A DNA stretch of 64,000 nt from Candidatus Terraquivivens tikiterensis (GTDB taxonomy: Archaea; Thermoproteota; Nitrososphaeria_A; Caldarchaeales; Wolframiiraptoraceae), in contig NDWU01000001.1 of assembly GCA_003056285.1 (NCBI GenBank), positions 37,236 through 101,235 on the forward strand, given 5' to 3'. The translations under genes and the position numbers were made by a program. Below, piece by piece: positions 47,614-56,305 of this stretch; the first letter of the stretch is position 1; the number at the start of each line of letters is the position of its first letter. The notes below the pieces were generated by a model. That model ran no database searches, was not told the origin of the DNA, and saw nothing but the letters and a program-made list of their open reading frames with translations.

Positions 47614-48526
47614 CCAGCCTGTCCAGGTACCCCACCATGCCCTCGACGGCCAATTTTATGTTCAGCCTTACGTAGCCAGGCACTTCCTTTACATATACGC
47701 CGAACCTTTTAGCCAAAGCTTCGCATGCCCTGTCTGTAATCGACTCTACGTCGTCGCACCTCTCCTTTTCTGAAGAGATCAAATCTCTCCACCAATGCAG
47801 CAGGGAGATCTCATCCTCGAAGACGTCCCTCGAGGCACGCCTGACGCCGAAGTGCGGCGTCATCAAAAGCCTCGGCTCCAGCCCCATCAGCCGCCTAAGG
47901 TCGCTGACGGCACCGAAGAAGTCGAAGCTTGGGGGGACGGACGGTGGCACGAATACCGGGAACCCTGGGTAGGTTCCTGAGACGGAATCGCCAGTAAAGA
48001 GGAGGGCATTGGCCTCTTCGTAGACGCAAAGATGGTGGGGAGCATGGCCCTGCGTGTGAAGGAACCTAAGCCGCATTTTTCCCAGGGGTATGCTCGCGTT
48101 ATCGTCGACGCCAGATATGCGTTCTGGAGGGATGGGCTCTGTTCTTCCAAAACATGCAGCCGTTGCCCGACCGTATACCTCCTCCACGCTCCGAACGAGC
48201 CTCTCGGGGTCGACGAGGTGCTTTACGCCTTTCGGGTGGGCAAGTACCCTTGCGTTCGTAGCAAATTTTACAAAAGAGCCGGCGGCACCAGCGTGGTCCA
48301 GATGAACGTGCGTAACCACGACGTAGTCGACCCTTGAAAGCTCTAAGCCTATGCTATCGAGGTCGGACAAGAGGACGTCTAGGGAAGAGGCATAGCCCGT
48401 ATCGATTAGCGCCACCTTTTCGTCAAGCAAGACGTATGCCGCGACGAATCCCTTAAGGCCTAGCGCCATCGTATCTATTAGGTACACGCCTTCTTGAACC
48501 TGCGTAATCAATGCCCTTTCACCCAA
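47600..48526 (-). CDS. MBL-fold metallo-hydrolase
   Basis: Metallo-beta-lactamase motif THVHLDHAG. Confidence 0.75.
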   Translation of the reverse strand: MGERALITQVQEGVYLIDTMALGLKGFVAAYVLLDEKVALIDTGYASSLDVLLSDLDSIGLELSRVDYVVVTHVHLDHAGAAGSFVKFATNARVLAHPKGVKHLVDPERLVRSVEEVYGRATAACFGRTEPIPPERISGVDDNASIPLGKMRLRFLHTQGHAPHHLCVYEEANALLFTGDSVSGTYPGFPVFVPPSVPPSFDFFGAVSDLRRLMGLEPRLLMTPHFGVRRASRDVFEDEISLLHWWRDLISSEKERCDDVESITDRACEALAKRFGVYVKEVPGYVRLNIKLAVEGMVGYLDRLATRG

Positions 48527-48605
48527 GAAAATAGTTGCGGTTATTTAACCATGATACGGGTGCGCAAACTTTTTAACGCAGGCAGTCCTGTAAGGATTTG
48601 CATAT

Positions 48606-49520
48606 ATGATAACGATAGTAGGTACTGGAAGGGTCGGCATCGCGATAGCTATCCATCTGGCCATAAAGGCACTGGACGACCTCATGCTGATAGACATAGT
48701 GGAGGGCTTACCCCAGGGCGAGGCTTTGGACTTGACTCATATGTGTACCACGCTCGGCATAGATATAGACATCTCCGGCTCGAACGACTACAAGGACATG
48801 AGCGGTTCCGAGCTCGTGATAGTTCCCGCAGGTTTTATAAGAACGGCCGACATGAGTAGGCTTGACCTGCTCCACAAGAACTCGGAGGTTATAAAGACTG
48901 TCTCAAAAGGCATTAAGGATTATGCGCCAAACTCAAGAGTTATCGTGGTAACGAACCCGCTCGACGCCATGACGTACCTTGCATACAAGGTAACGGGTTT
49001 TGAGAGGAACAGGGTATTCGGGTTCAGCGGCTTGCTCGATACTGCGAGGTACAGGAGCCTGATAGCAAAGGAGTTGGGTGTCGCAGCCTCGACTATATAC
49101 ACGACGATAATCGGTGAGCATGGTGACACGATGGTCCTCCTGCCACGCTTTACGAGCGTTGGCGGTGTTCCGCTAGAGTCCCTGATGCCGAAGGAGAAGA
49201 TCCAGCAGATAATCGAGCGCACGAAGAAGATGGGGGCCGAGATCATAAGGCTGAAAAAGTGGTCGGCATCGCACGCCGTTGGTGCTGGCGTAGCCGAGAT
49301 GGCGGAGGCCGTCATGAAGGATACAAAGGCCATCATGCCCGTCTCGACGTACCTGCAGGGGGAGTACGGCGTGTCGGATGTCTGCGTTGTCGTTCCCGCA
49401 ATGCTCGGTAAGAACGGCGTCGAGAAGATCGTAGAGCTTCCTTTGAACGATGAGGAGAGGGCCGCATTCCTTAAGAGCGTCGAGACTGTTAAGTCAGCGA
49501 TATCCCAGCTTAGGATCTGA
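48606..49520 (+). CDS. mdh: Malate dehydrogenase (LDH-like MDH family)
   Basis: NAD-binding ..ITIVGTGRVG.., catalytic ..IGEHGD.., ..VVTNPLD.. Confidence 0.85.
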   Translation: MITIVGTGRVGIAIAIHLAIKALDDLMLIDIVEGLPQGEALDLTHMCTTLGIDIDISGSNDYKDMSGSELVIVPAGFIRTADMSRLDLLHKNSEVIKTVSKGIKDYAPNSRVIVVTNPLDAMTYLAYKVTGFERNRVFGFSGLLDTARYRSLIAKELGVAASTIYTTIIGEHGDTMVLLPRFTSVGGVPLESLMPKEKIQQIIERTKKMGAEIIRLKKWSASHAVGAGVAEMAEAVMKDTKAIMPVSTYLQGEYGVSDVCVVVPAMLGKNGVEKIVELPLNDEERAAFLKSVETVKSAISQLRI

Positions 49521-49625
49521 AAGGTCCGTCCGGCATAGGACGGATCACGTTCCAATTTTTGGACTGGGGTAAAAATTTTAACTAGGCCGTCCCTGCGTTA
49601 AGTACCAAAAGAGGAGGTTTGTAAG

Positions 49626-50906
49626 ATGGGCATGACTGTCACCGAGAAGATACTGGCCAGGGCAAGCGGCAAACGCCTCGTGAGCCCAGGCGACGTGGTG
49701 CTCGCAAACGTTGACAAGGTCATGATGCACGACGTAGGTGGCCCGGGTGTCTGGACAGTTTTTCAAGAATTGAGGCACATCATAGGCGAGGTCAACAAGG
49801 TATGGGACCCGGATAGGGTGTGGCTGGCCGAGGACCACTTCGTCCCTCCGATAGATAAGCAGTCTGCCGAAAACATAAAGATTCTTGAGGATTTTGCCAG
49901 AAGGTACGGGATACGCAAACACTTCAGATACGGCGTAGGCCAGTACGGTATCTGCCATACCCTATCTTACGAGGAGGCGTTGGTATTGCCCGGAGAGGTT
50001 TACGTGGGCACGGACTCGCACACGAACACGACTGGTGTCGTCGGCGCATTCGCTACGGGCTTGGGTCACACGGACGTTGCGTACGTACTCGTTCATGGAA
50101 AAACCTGGTTCAGGGTTCCTGAGACCTTGCTGTTCAGGGTTGACGGAGAGCTTCCACCATACTCCACGGCTAAAGACCTCTCTCTCGCCATAATAAGCGA
50201 CATCGGAACGGACGGCGCAAACTATAAAGCCATGCAGTTTTCCGGTCCGGCCATCAGGGCAATGGATATAGACGAAAGGGCAACCCTGACAAACATGTCG
50301 ACGGAGGCCGGAGCTAAGAACGCCATAATCGAGCCCGACGAGCGCCTGCTCCAATACCTCAGAAGCAGGACGGATTCGCCGCTAACACCGGTTTACGGCG
50401 ATGAGGATGCTGAATTCTCCGAGGTCTACGATTTGGACGCAAAGACCGTCGAGCCCCTCGTCGCAAAACCTTACTCTCCAGGGAACGTTTCGTCCGCAAG
50501 GGAGCTTAGCGACGTAGAGGTCGACAGGGTCTACGTGGGTTCGTGTACAGGAGGCAAGATAACGGATTTGAGGATGGCTGCAAGCATTCTGAAGGGAAGG
50601 AGGGTAAGGGTTAGGACTGAGGTAGTTCCCGCAACCCACAGGACGTATATGCAGGCCCTAAGGGAGGGGTTGATAGAGATTTTCCTGGAAGCCGGTGCCT
50701 TGGTCGGTGCGCCGACTTGCGGCCTCTGCTTTGGTGGTCACATGGGGGTGCTCAGGAAGGACGAAGTTTGCATCTCGACGACGAACAGAAACTTTCGTGG
50801 CAGGATGGGCGACAGGGAATCCAAGACGTACTTGGCATCGCCCCTAACGGCCGCGGCGACCGCCATAACAGGCAAGATAACTGATCCCAGAGACCTAAAG
50901 GGGTGA
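49626..50906 (+). CDS. leuC: Aconitase-family dehydratase large subunit; 3-isopropylmalate or homoaconitate dehydratase LeuC type
   Basis: Archaeal-type ~420-aa LeuC with the Fe-S ligand cysteine context (..GSCTGG.., ..CGLCFGG..). Confidence 0.8.
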   Translation: MGMTVTEKILARASGKRLVSPGDVVLANVDKVMMHDVGGPGVWTVFQELRHIIGEVNKVWDPDRVWLAEDHFVPPIDKQSAENIKILEDFARRYGIRKHFRYGVGQYGICHTLSYEEALVLPGEVYVGTDSHTNTTGVVGAFATGLGHTDVAYVLVHGKTWFRVPETLLFRVDGELPPYSTAKDLSLAIISDIGTDGANYKAMQFSGPAIRAMDIDERATLTNMSTEAGAKNAIIEPDERLLQYLRSRTDSPLTPVYGDEDAEFSEVYDLDAKTVEPLVAKPYSPGNVSSARELSDVEVDRVYVGSCTGGKITDLRMAASILKGRRVRVRTEVVPATHRTYMQALREGLIEIFLEAGALVGAPTCGLCFGGHMGVLRKDEVCISTTNRNFRGRMGDRESKTYLASPLTAAATAITGKITDPRDLKG

Positions 50907-50913
50907 ATGGGCT

Positions 50914-51408
50914 TTGGAAGGGGTATTGAGGGGAAGGGTTCACAAGTACGGCGATAACGTGGATACAGACAGCATAATACCCGGAAGGTTTCTAAAGGAG
51001 ATGGACCCGAAGAGGCTAGCCGAGCATGCCATGGAGGGCATAGACCCAAACTTCGTAATGAAGGTAAAGCAGGGGGACTTCATCGTCGCAGGCAAGAACT
51101 TTGGCTGCGGCTCTAGCAGAGAGCATGCACCGATAGCCCTAAAATACGCTGGAATAAGGGCGGTCTTGGCTAAATCCTTCGCCAGAATATTCTACAGGAA
51201 TGCGGTCGACGGGGGCTTTCTCATACCAATCGAGATCGACGACAATATCTACGAGAGGTTGTCAGACGGTGACGAGATAGAGGTCGACGTATCCGAAGGT
51301 ACTATTAGAAACATAACGAAGGGCGAAGTCTACAAGATGAGGCCGATACCAGAACTTGTGATGAAGATAATCAGGGCCGGCGGCATATTCATGTTCAAGC
51401 AGGAATAA
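50914..51408 (+). CDS. leuD: Aconitase-family dehydratase small subunit, LeuD type
   Basis: LeuD blocks ..GDNVDTDSIIP.., ..FGCGSSREHAP.. Confidence 0.8.
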   Translation: MEGVLRGRVHKYGDNVDTDSIIPGRFLKEMDPKRLAEHAMEGIDPNFVMKVKQGDFIVAGKNFGCGSSREHAPIALKYAGIRAVLAKSFARIFYRNAVDGGFLIPIEIDDNIYERLSDGDEIEVDVSEGTIRNITKGEVYKMRPIPELVMKIIRAGGIFMFKQE

Positions 51409-51441
51409 ATATATAGGCGCTTGGGGCAAAGAATAAAGCGC

Positions 51442-51570
51442 ATGGGACAGAGAAAGTACCGATGCCCTTACTGCGAGCAGACCTTCGATACGGAAGACGA
51501 GCTCTCGAAGCATATAGACAGGTTTCACATAGGCAAGGGATTGCTAGAAGGTGATAGAAGAAGGTGGTAG
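51442..51570 (+). CDS. Putative 42-aa C2H2 zinc-finger mini-protein
   Basis: Hand-translated ORF that is below the ORF-track length cut-off: MGQRKYRCPYCEQTFDTEDELSKHIDRFHIGKGLLEGDRRRW. It has classic C-x2-C...H-x4-H spacing and a TATA-like AATAAAG just upstream. Confidence 0.4.
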   Translation: MGQRKYRCPYCEQTFDTEDELSKHIDRFHIGKGLLEGDRRRW

Positions 51571-51581
51571 CCGTCGACGTG

Positions 51582-51706
51582 GTGAGCTACCCATGGCCGT
51601 AAAGCAGCGGGTTTCCTGCCTCAAAGACAGATTGGGTTTTTCTACCAGTAGGGGCTCCGCCTAAGCAGGCGGATCAGGTCTGTCCATCCACTCATCACTA
51701 TCATGC
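51582..51706 (-). repeat. Family A repeated intergenic element, copy 2 (reverse orientation)
   Basis: The reverse complement reads CATGATAGTGATG..GACAGACCTGATCCGCCTGCTTAGGCGGAGCCCCT..GTCTTTGAGGCAGGAAACCCGCTG..GTAGCTCAC, collinear with copies 1 and 3. It sits in the convergent gap after the zinc-finger ORF. Confidence 0.55.
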
Positions 51707-52171
51707 AGGGCTAAAGGTTTCGAGTAACCTTTCATCATGCTATCTTTCTGATATAGCGCAACTTGTGGTTCAGCTGAATTTCCGCATCTCCCGATCAGCA
51801 TTTTCAAAAGCTCCATCGTATATTTTGCACGATCGTCGTTGTCTCGCTCACAACGATATGCATTTCTTCGCTATCATACAACGCATGGATGGTGTGGGAT
51901 TTCGCTCAAGATGTTAAAAGTTATATACCCATTCTGTTTATTTAATGCTTGAACGGAATTGGCAAAAGCTAAAAAGCGCTCGAAGAAAAAGCGAGCCGGA
52001 TGCAAGAAGAAAAAGTAAAACCGTCCGCTACCTGAATCAAAAACAATTACCCTTTTTTATAAAATGGGTGCCCAGATGCCGGCTGTTAGCCGATGCGTTA
52101 ACTGGTGCATGGGATGCGGGCAGCGAGCAAGCAGACGTGGCCTGGGCGCAAAGCCTCCAGGCGTTAGTAGC

Positions 52172-53374
52172 TCATGCAATCTCTTCCATTTTTTTCAAAA
52201 AATCATCCTCGGTGCCTTTTGGTATCAATCCCGAGGCGGCGGTCGAATGACCATCGCCGTGCCCTCCGACGTAGCTCGTCGCCTCCACGACCAACCTCGA
52301 TACGGGAGGCATCGCCTCCTTGCTTATGAGCTCCGCCAACAATTTCGGGGCCCTCGCGGAGAGCTTAGTCCATTCGCCCTCTAGCTCACCCAGTTGGGGT
52401 ATCGTCCTTGGAAAGTTCATGAACCCGACGAGGTACTTTTTTTGGTCGACGAACCCTCGGTATGCCAGGATGGACGTGAACGTTCCCAAGACCTTTGTTC
52501 CCATGCCCGCAAAGCTATCGCCGACGGAGAACCACTGAACCCTCTCACCGCGGGTAATGCCATGCCTCCTTAACTCTGCCATAACTTTGCTGAAAACTTG
52601 CTTCCTGTACTCTTCCAACCTCTCTATTTCGCCCTCGTCCAGCTCCTTTCTGATGCATGCCTCCAAGGCCTTCTTAGGACCGTCTGCGTAGTAACCTACG
52701 CTCCCTAGCGTCGTCAGCTTTGCCGAGAGCCTGTCCCATGCCTCTCCAAAAGGCACCACGTAATACCTTTCCCTCCCTGCGGATTCCCTGACCTCAACGT
52801 CGCCGAGCTTAACAGCGTGCTCGAGGGGTATCCTGTTCAGCGAGGTCAAACTCCCTCCTAGCTCCGCCGAGCCCACGACTGCCGCCCATGCGACGTGCCT
52901 AACGTCTGCAAGCTTATCCGCAAAAAGGTACGTGGCCGTGGCACCGCTTACTTCCCTCTCGCCGCTAAAGCCGTAGAGCTCCGGGTTGAGGTTCAGAACG
53001 TTCGGCTTTCTAACGACGACTGGGTCGTGGTGGTCCAAGATTATAACGAGCTCATCGCCCACCAATTTTTCGATCAAGTCTGCCTTCCCCGAGCCTATGT
53101 CCGTATAGACATAGGCGTCGTACCTGCTTCCATGAATCTTGTACAGTATCGTAGGGTGGAGCTTCTCGATGCAAACGCTATCGGTCTTGATACCTAGGGA
53201 CTCGAGGGCCGAAAGCGCGATCGCGGCAGAGCATATCCCGTCGGCGTCGTCATGGTATACAACAAGGGCCCTGCTGGACGACCTAACGACCTCGCCGGCC
53301 CTTTTTAGGTCGTCAAAATACTCACTCAAACCCATAGGAGAACACCTGTACGTCTTAACGGAGGTGACGGGCAT
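52172..53374 (-). CDS. DHH-family phosphoesterase, archaeal RecJ/GAN- or NrnA-like
   Basis: DHH motifs ..VVYHDDADGICSAAI.. and ..ILDHH..; 400 aa with a DHHA1-like C-terminal Gly-rich region (..GGHGDGHSTAASG..). Confidence 0.75.
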   Translation of the reverse strand: MPVTSVKTYRCSPMGLSEYFDDLKRAGEVVRSSSRALVVYHDDADGICSAAIALSALESLGIKTDSVCIEKLHPTILYKIHGSRYDAYVYTDIGSGKADLIEKLVGDELVIILDHHDPVVVRKPNVLNLNPELYGFSGEREVSGATATYLFADKLADVRHVAWAAVVGSAELGGSLTSLNRIPLEHAVKLGDVEVRESAGRERYYVVPFGEAWDRLSAKLTTLGSVGYYADGPKKALEACIRKELDEGEIERLEEYRKQVFSKVMAELRRHGITRGERVQWFSVGDSFAGMGTKVLGTFTSILAYRGFVDQKKYLVGFMNFPRTIPQLGELEGEWTKLSARAPKLLAELISKEAMPPVSRLVVEATSYVGGHGDGHSTAASGLIPKGTEDDFLKKMEEIA

Positions 53375-53530
53375 AGCCCAGCGTTACCGATTTCTGGCAT
53401 GCTGTTATAACATACTCTACGGTAAGAGATAAACGTGAGCGTAGCTACCTATCCGCTTTGCTAATCGAAGCTTTTCGGGATATGACTTAAAAAACGTCCC
53501 TTTCTTACCTAACTCGGTGGTTTAGACGTA

Positions 53531-53614
53531 GGATGGGTAGCCGAATATTTTTAATTTTTCGAGGAGTCTCTGGGATGCAGCCTGTATTTTCGGGAGCCGA
53601 ATAGGCCTCCGGCC
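53531..53614 (-). repeat. Family B repeated element, copy 3 (reverse orientation), carrying a TATA-like box
   Basis: The minus strand reads GGCCGGAGGCCTATTCGG..ATACAGGCTGCATCCCAGAG..GAAAAATTAAAAATATT..GGCTACCCATCC. It is collinear with copies 1 and 2 and points toward the DHH gene start at 53374. Confidence 0.5.
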
Positions 53615-53734
53615 GAGGGGTCGCTCGGCAAGCAGGGAAATTTGGCCATATGCCAATCTAGGGCAGATCGGCACGACCCTGAGCTCTGCAACGGTGATCC
53701 GGCCGAGAATTCCATGGGCTTCGGCCGTGGGATG

Positions 53735-54898
53735 TTAACTGCCCAAGAGGCTTAGGGCTATCCTGTAGTAGATTTCGGCAGCCGCCTCGAGCTCGCTGAT
53801 GGCTACGCTCTCGTTATAGGCATGCGCTTGGGAAAGTTCGCCAGGCCCAAGCACGACGCCGGGCGTTCCGGCAGCGACTATCCATCCAAGGTCTGTGTAT
53901 GCCGGAAGACCGTATGGCTCCGCCTTAACCTTTAGCACCTTTGAAACTGCCTCCAAGGCCGCCCGTGCTATCGGCTCTGAGGGGTTGACCTCGGTAGCCC
54001 TATGATATTGCACGATGGAGACCGAAAACTCCGTACAGCGCCCTTCCGCCATCATTTTGGACGCTAACTCCTCAAAGGGTATCTTCGCCTCCTCTGGCGT
54101 CTCGCCGGGTATTAGCCTCCTATCGATCGTCAGCACGCACTCGTCTGGGATGACGTTAGGCTTTATCCCGCCGCTTATCATCGTAACGGCCAGGGTCGGC
54201 TTGCCAACCAACGGATGCCCCTCGACCCTTGATAAAGAGTCGGCCATCCGCTCTAGCTCGCTACAGTAAAAAGCGGCAGCGAGTATGGCGTTGACGCCTT
54301 CCTGGGGCATGCTCGCGTGCGCCGGCCTGCCCCTTATCCTGACCCTTAACTCCAGCCTGCCCTTATGGGCGGTGCAGACCCTCAGGCCCGTAGGCTCTCC
54401 CACGACGGCAAAGTCAAACCTTCCGTGCTTAGACAGGAGGGCCTTAGTACCCTTGCTGGCAACCTCTTCGTCAGCGACTGCGGCAAGCACGACCCTGCCC
54501 CTTATCCTATCCCGAGCGTCTACGAGGGCCTTCAAGCTCGCCGCCATCGCCGCGATCGAGCCCTTCGCGTCGGCCGAGCCCCTTCCGTATAGCCTGCCGT
54601 CCTTAATATAGCCGCCGAGGGGCTCTACTTGCCATCCGTCCCGCTCGCCGACAGGCACTGTATCTAGGTGGGAATTAAAGAGCAGCGTAGGTCCACCTTC
54701 GCCAGCCTCCAGGATGCAGACGGCGTTCGCCCGGGCACCGTCCAGCCTGTCTACCGTCGACTTTATGCCAAGGTCTGCGAGCCGCTCTGCCAGAAAACTT
54801 GCAGCCTCCAGCTCCCTCCCAGGCGGGTTCTCCGTGTTTATCCTCACTAGCGCAGAAGCTAGGCTTACCAGGAACTCCCTGTCTATATGGTTGCTCAT
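53735..54898 (-). CDS. M20-family metallopeptidase/deacylase (ArgE/DapE/LysK-like)
   Basis: M20 metal-binding blocks ..NSHLDTVP.., ..GRGSADAKG.. and the dimerisation-domain layout. Confidence 0.8.
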   Translation of the reverse strand: MSNHIDREFLVSLASALVRINTENPPGRELEAASFLAERLADLGIKSTVDRLDGARANAVCILEAGEGGPTLLFNSHLDTVPVGERDGWQVEPLGGYIKDGRLYGRGSADAKGSIAAMAASLKALVDARDRIRGRVVLAAVADEEVASKGTKALLSKHGRFDFAVVGEPTGLRVCTAHKGRLELRVRIRGRPAHASMPQEGVNAILAAAFYCSELERMADSLSRVEGHPLVGKPTLAVTMISGGIKPNVIPDECVLTIDRRLIPGETPEEAKIPFEELASKMMAEGRCTEFSVSIVQYHRATEVNPSEPIARAALEAVSKVLKVKAEPYGLPAYTDLGWIVAAGTPGVVLGPGELSQAHAYNESVAISELEAAAEIYYRIALSLLGS

Positions 54899-54966
54899 GC
54901 GTACTCGATGGAATGTCGGCGATATAACCCTAAATAGCCTTAAAAGCTGCTAGGAGCTTTCGGAAT

Positions 54967-55203
54967 TTAGACGGTCAGGAGTATCTCGGCAGGTACGCTG
55001 ACGTACTTCTCGTTGCTGCTCTGCTTCTTCTTCCTAGGCGAATTCCTCAGCAGGGTTCCGCAGTAGGGGCACCTTACCTTATCCGTAAGATGGTATACCC
55101 TGCACCTCGAGCAGTACTTGTAACCGTTCGCGTAACTCCTCCTAACCTTTTTTACCGCGTTCATTTTTATCAGAAATTGATAAAAATTACGATTATTAAA
55201 CAT
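54967..55203 (-). CDS. Small C4 zinc-ribbon protein
   Basis: ..YCSRCRVYHLTDKVRCPYCG.. has C-x2-C-x11-C-x2-C spacing and a basic tail. The start is probably the internal Met (MNAVKK..). It resembles RpoP/L37e-type ribbons, but this is not conclusive. Confidence 0.4.
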   Translation of the reverse strand: MFNNRNFYQFLIKMNAVKKVRRSYANGYKYCSRCRVYHLTDKVRCPYCGTLLRNSPRKKKQSSNEKYVSVPAEILLTV

Positions 55204-55222
55204 TACCTATATATAGTATTTT

Positions 55223-56287
55223 TTGTATATATCGAGCGGTATGTTTGAGATAAGGAAACTGCAGAGGGTAGGCGCCGCAACCCTAACGGTCTCTTTGCCC
55301 AAGAAGTGGGTGGTGAAGAAGGGCTTAAAGGCTGGAGACAGGGTTACGCTCGTAGAGAACGAGGACGGCTCCTTACGCTTGGACGTGGGCGAGGTAAAGC
55401 CGGAGGAGACCAGATTTACCATCAACTACGACCTTTGCAGCTCCAACGGCATGCTGACTAGGCTGATAATAGGCGCGTACATGCAGGGGGCAGACGTCGT
55501 AAAGATAACCTCGACGAATGCCCTGACGACGGATGTGATCAACGAGGTTCAGGCAACGATCGATAGGCTGCCCGGCTTCGAGATAGTGGAGCAGACCTAC
55601 AGAAGGATAATCATCCAAAGCTTCATCGACCCGTCAAAGTTTCCCATCGAGGGCCTGCTGAAAAGGTTACAGGTAATGGTGACCTCGATGCTTAACCAAG
55701 TTGTTTCTTCGATAGCCGACGGTACGTACGGGAACGTCGAAGAGATAATCAGGCAGGAGAGCAGGGTGGATGAGCTGTACTTCTTAACGATCAGGCAGCT
55801 GTTTCTGGCACTGCGTAGATGGCACCTAGGCATGGGTCTTGGTATAGACAGCCCGGTCTATGCTGCGGGCGCGAGGCTCATCGCAAAAGCCCTCGAGGAC
55901 ATAGGCGATATGATCGAGGACGTTGCCAAAGAGTTGAGTTCCATAAAGAGGTCATCCGCCAGGATAAGCCCTGAGGTTACCAAGAAGCTAGAAGAGCTTG
56001 GCGTGACGGTCCAGACGCTCTTCGGCAAAACTATGAAGGCTCTCTTCAGCCTCGACGTAGAGCTTCTGAACGAGGTCTTTAACAGCATACTGCACGTGCT
56101 AGAGCACCAAAACAGGCTGGCCGAAGAGATTCTGCTGATGGCGAACGACGGTAGGTTGCTATCGTCCCTTAGGACCATAGTTTGGAGCTTCAGCTTCATA
56201 GCCCGTTGCTGCAAGATAATCGCCGAGGTAGCCTTCAACAGGCTAACGAGGATGCCATCAAACGTTATATCGATCGAGAAAGCCTAA
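55223..56287 (+). CDS. AbrB/SpoVT-domain plus PhoU-domain regulator (archaeal PhoU-like)
   Basis: N-terminal swapped-hairpin DNA-binding motif (..EIRKLQRVGAATLTVSLPKKWVVKKGLKAGDRVTLVENEDGSLRL..) followed by two PhoU-like helical repeats. Confidence 0.65.
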   Translation: MYISSGMFEIRKLQRVGAATLTVSLPKKWVVKKGLKAGDRVTLVENEDGSLRLDVGEVKPEETRFTINYDLCSSNGMLTRLIIGAYMQGADVVKITSTNALTTDVINEVQATIDRLPGFEIVEQTYRRIIIQSFIDPSKFPIEGLLKRLQVMVTSMLNQVVSSIADGTYGNVEEIIRQESRVDELYFLTIRQLFLALRRWHLGMGLGIDSPVYAAGARLIAKALEDIGDMIEDVAKELSSIKRSSARISPEVTKKLEELGVTVQTLFGKTMKALFSLDVELLNEVFNSILHVLEHQNRLAEEILLMANDGRLLSSLRTIVWSFSFIARCCKIIAEVAFNRLTRMPSNVISIEKA

Positions 56288-56305
56288 CCTTGAAGGGCTC
56301 TTGGG

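Noticed and set aside
54967-55203. Assigning the small zinc-ribbon ORF as RNA polymerase subunit RpoP or ribosomal protein L37e
   Set aside because: The Cys spacing (C-x2-C-x11-C-x2-C) and the VRCPYCG motif are suggestive, but the flanking sequence does not match either family well enough, and the genomic context (next to a PhoU-like regulator) is not the usual one.
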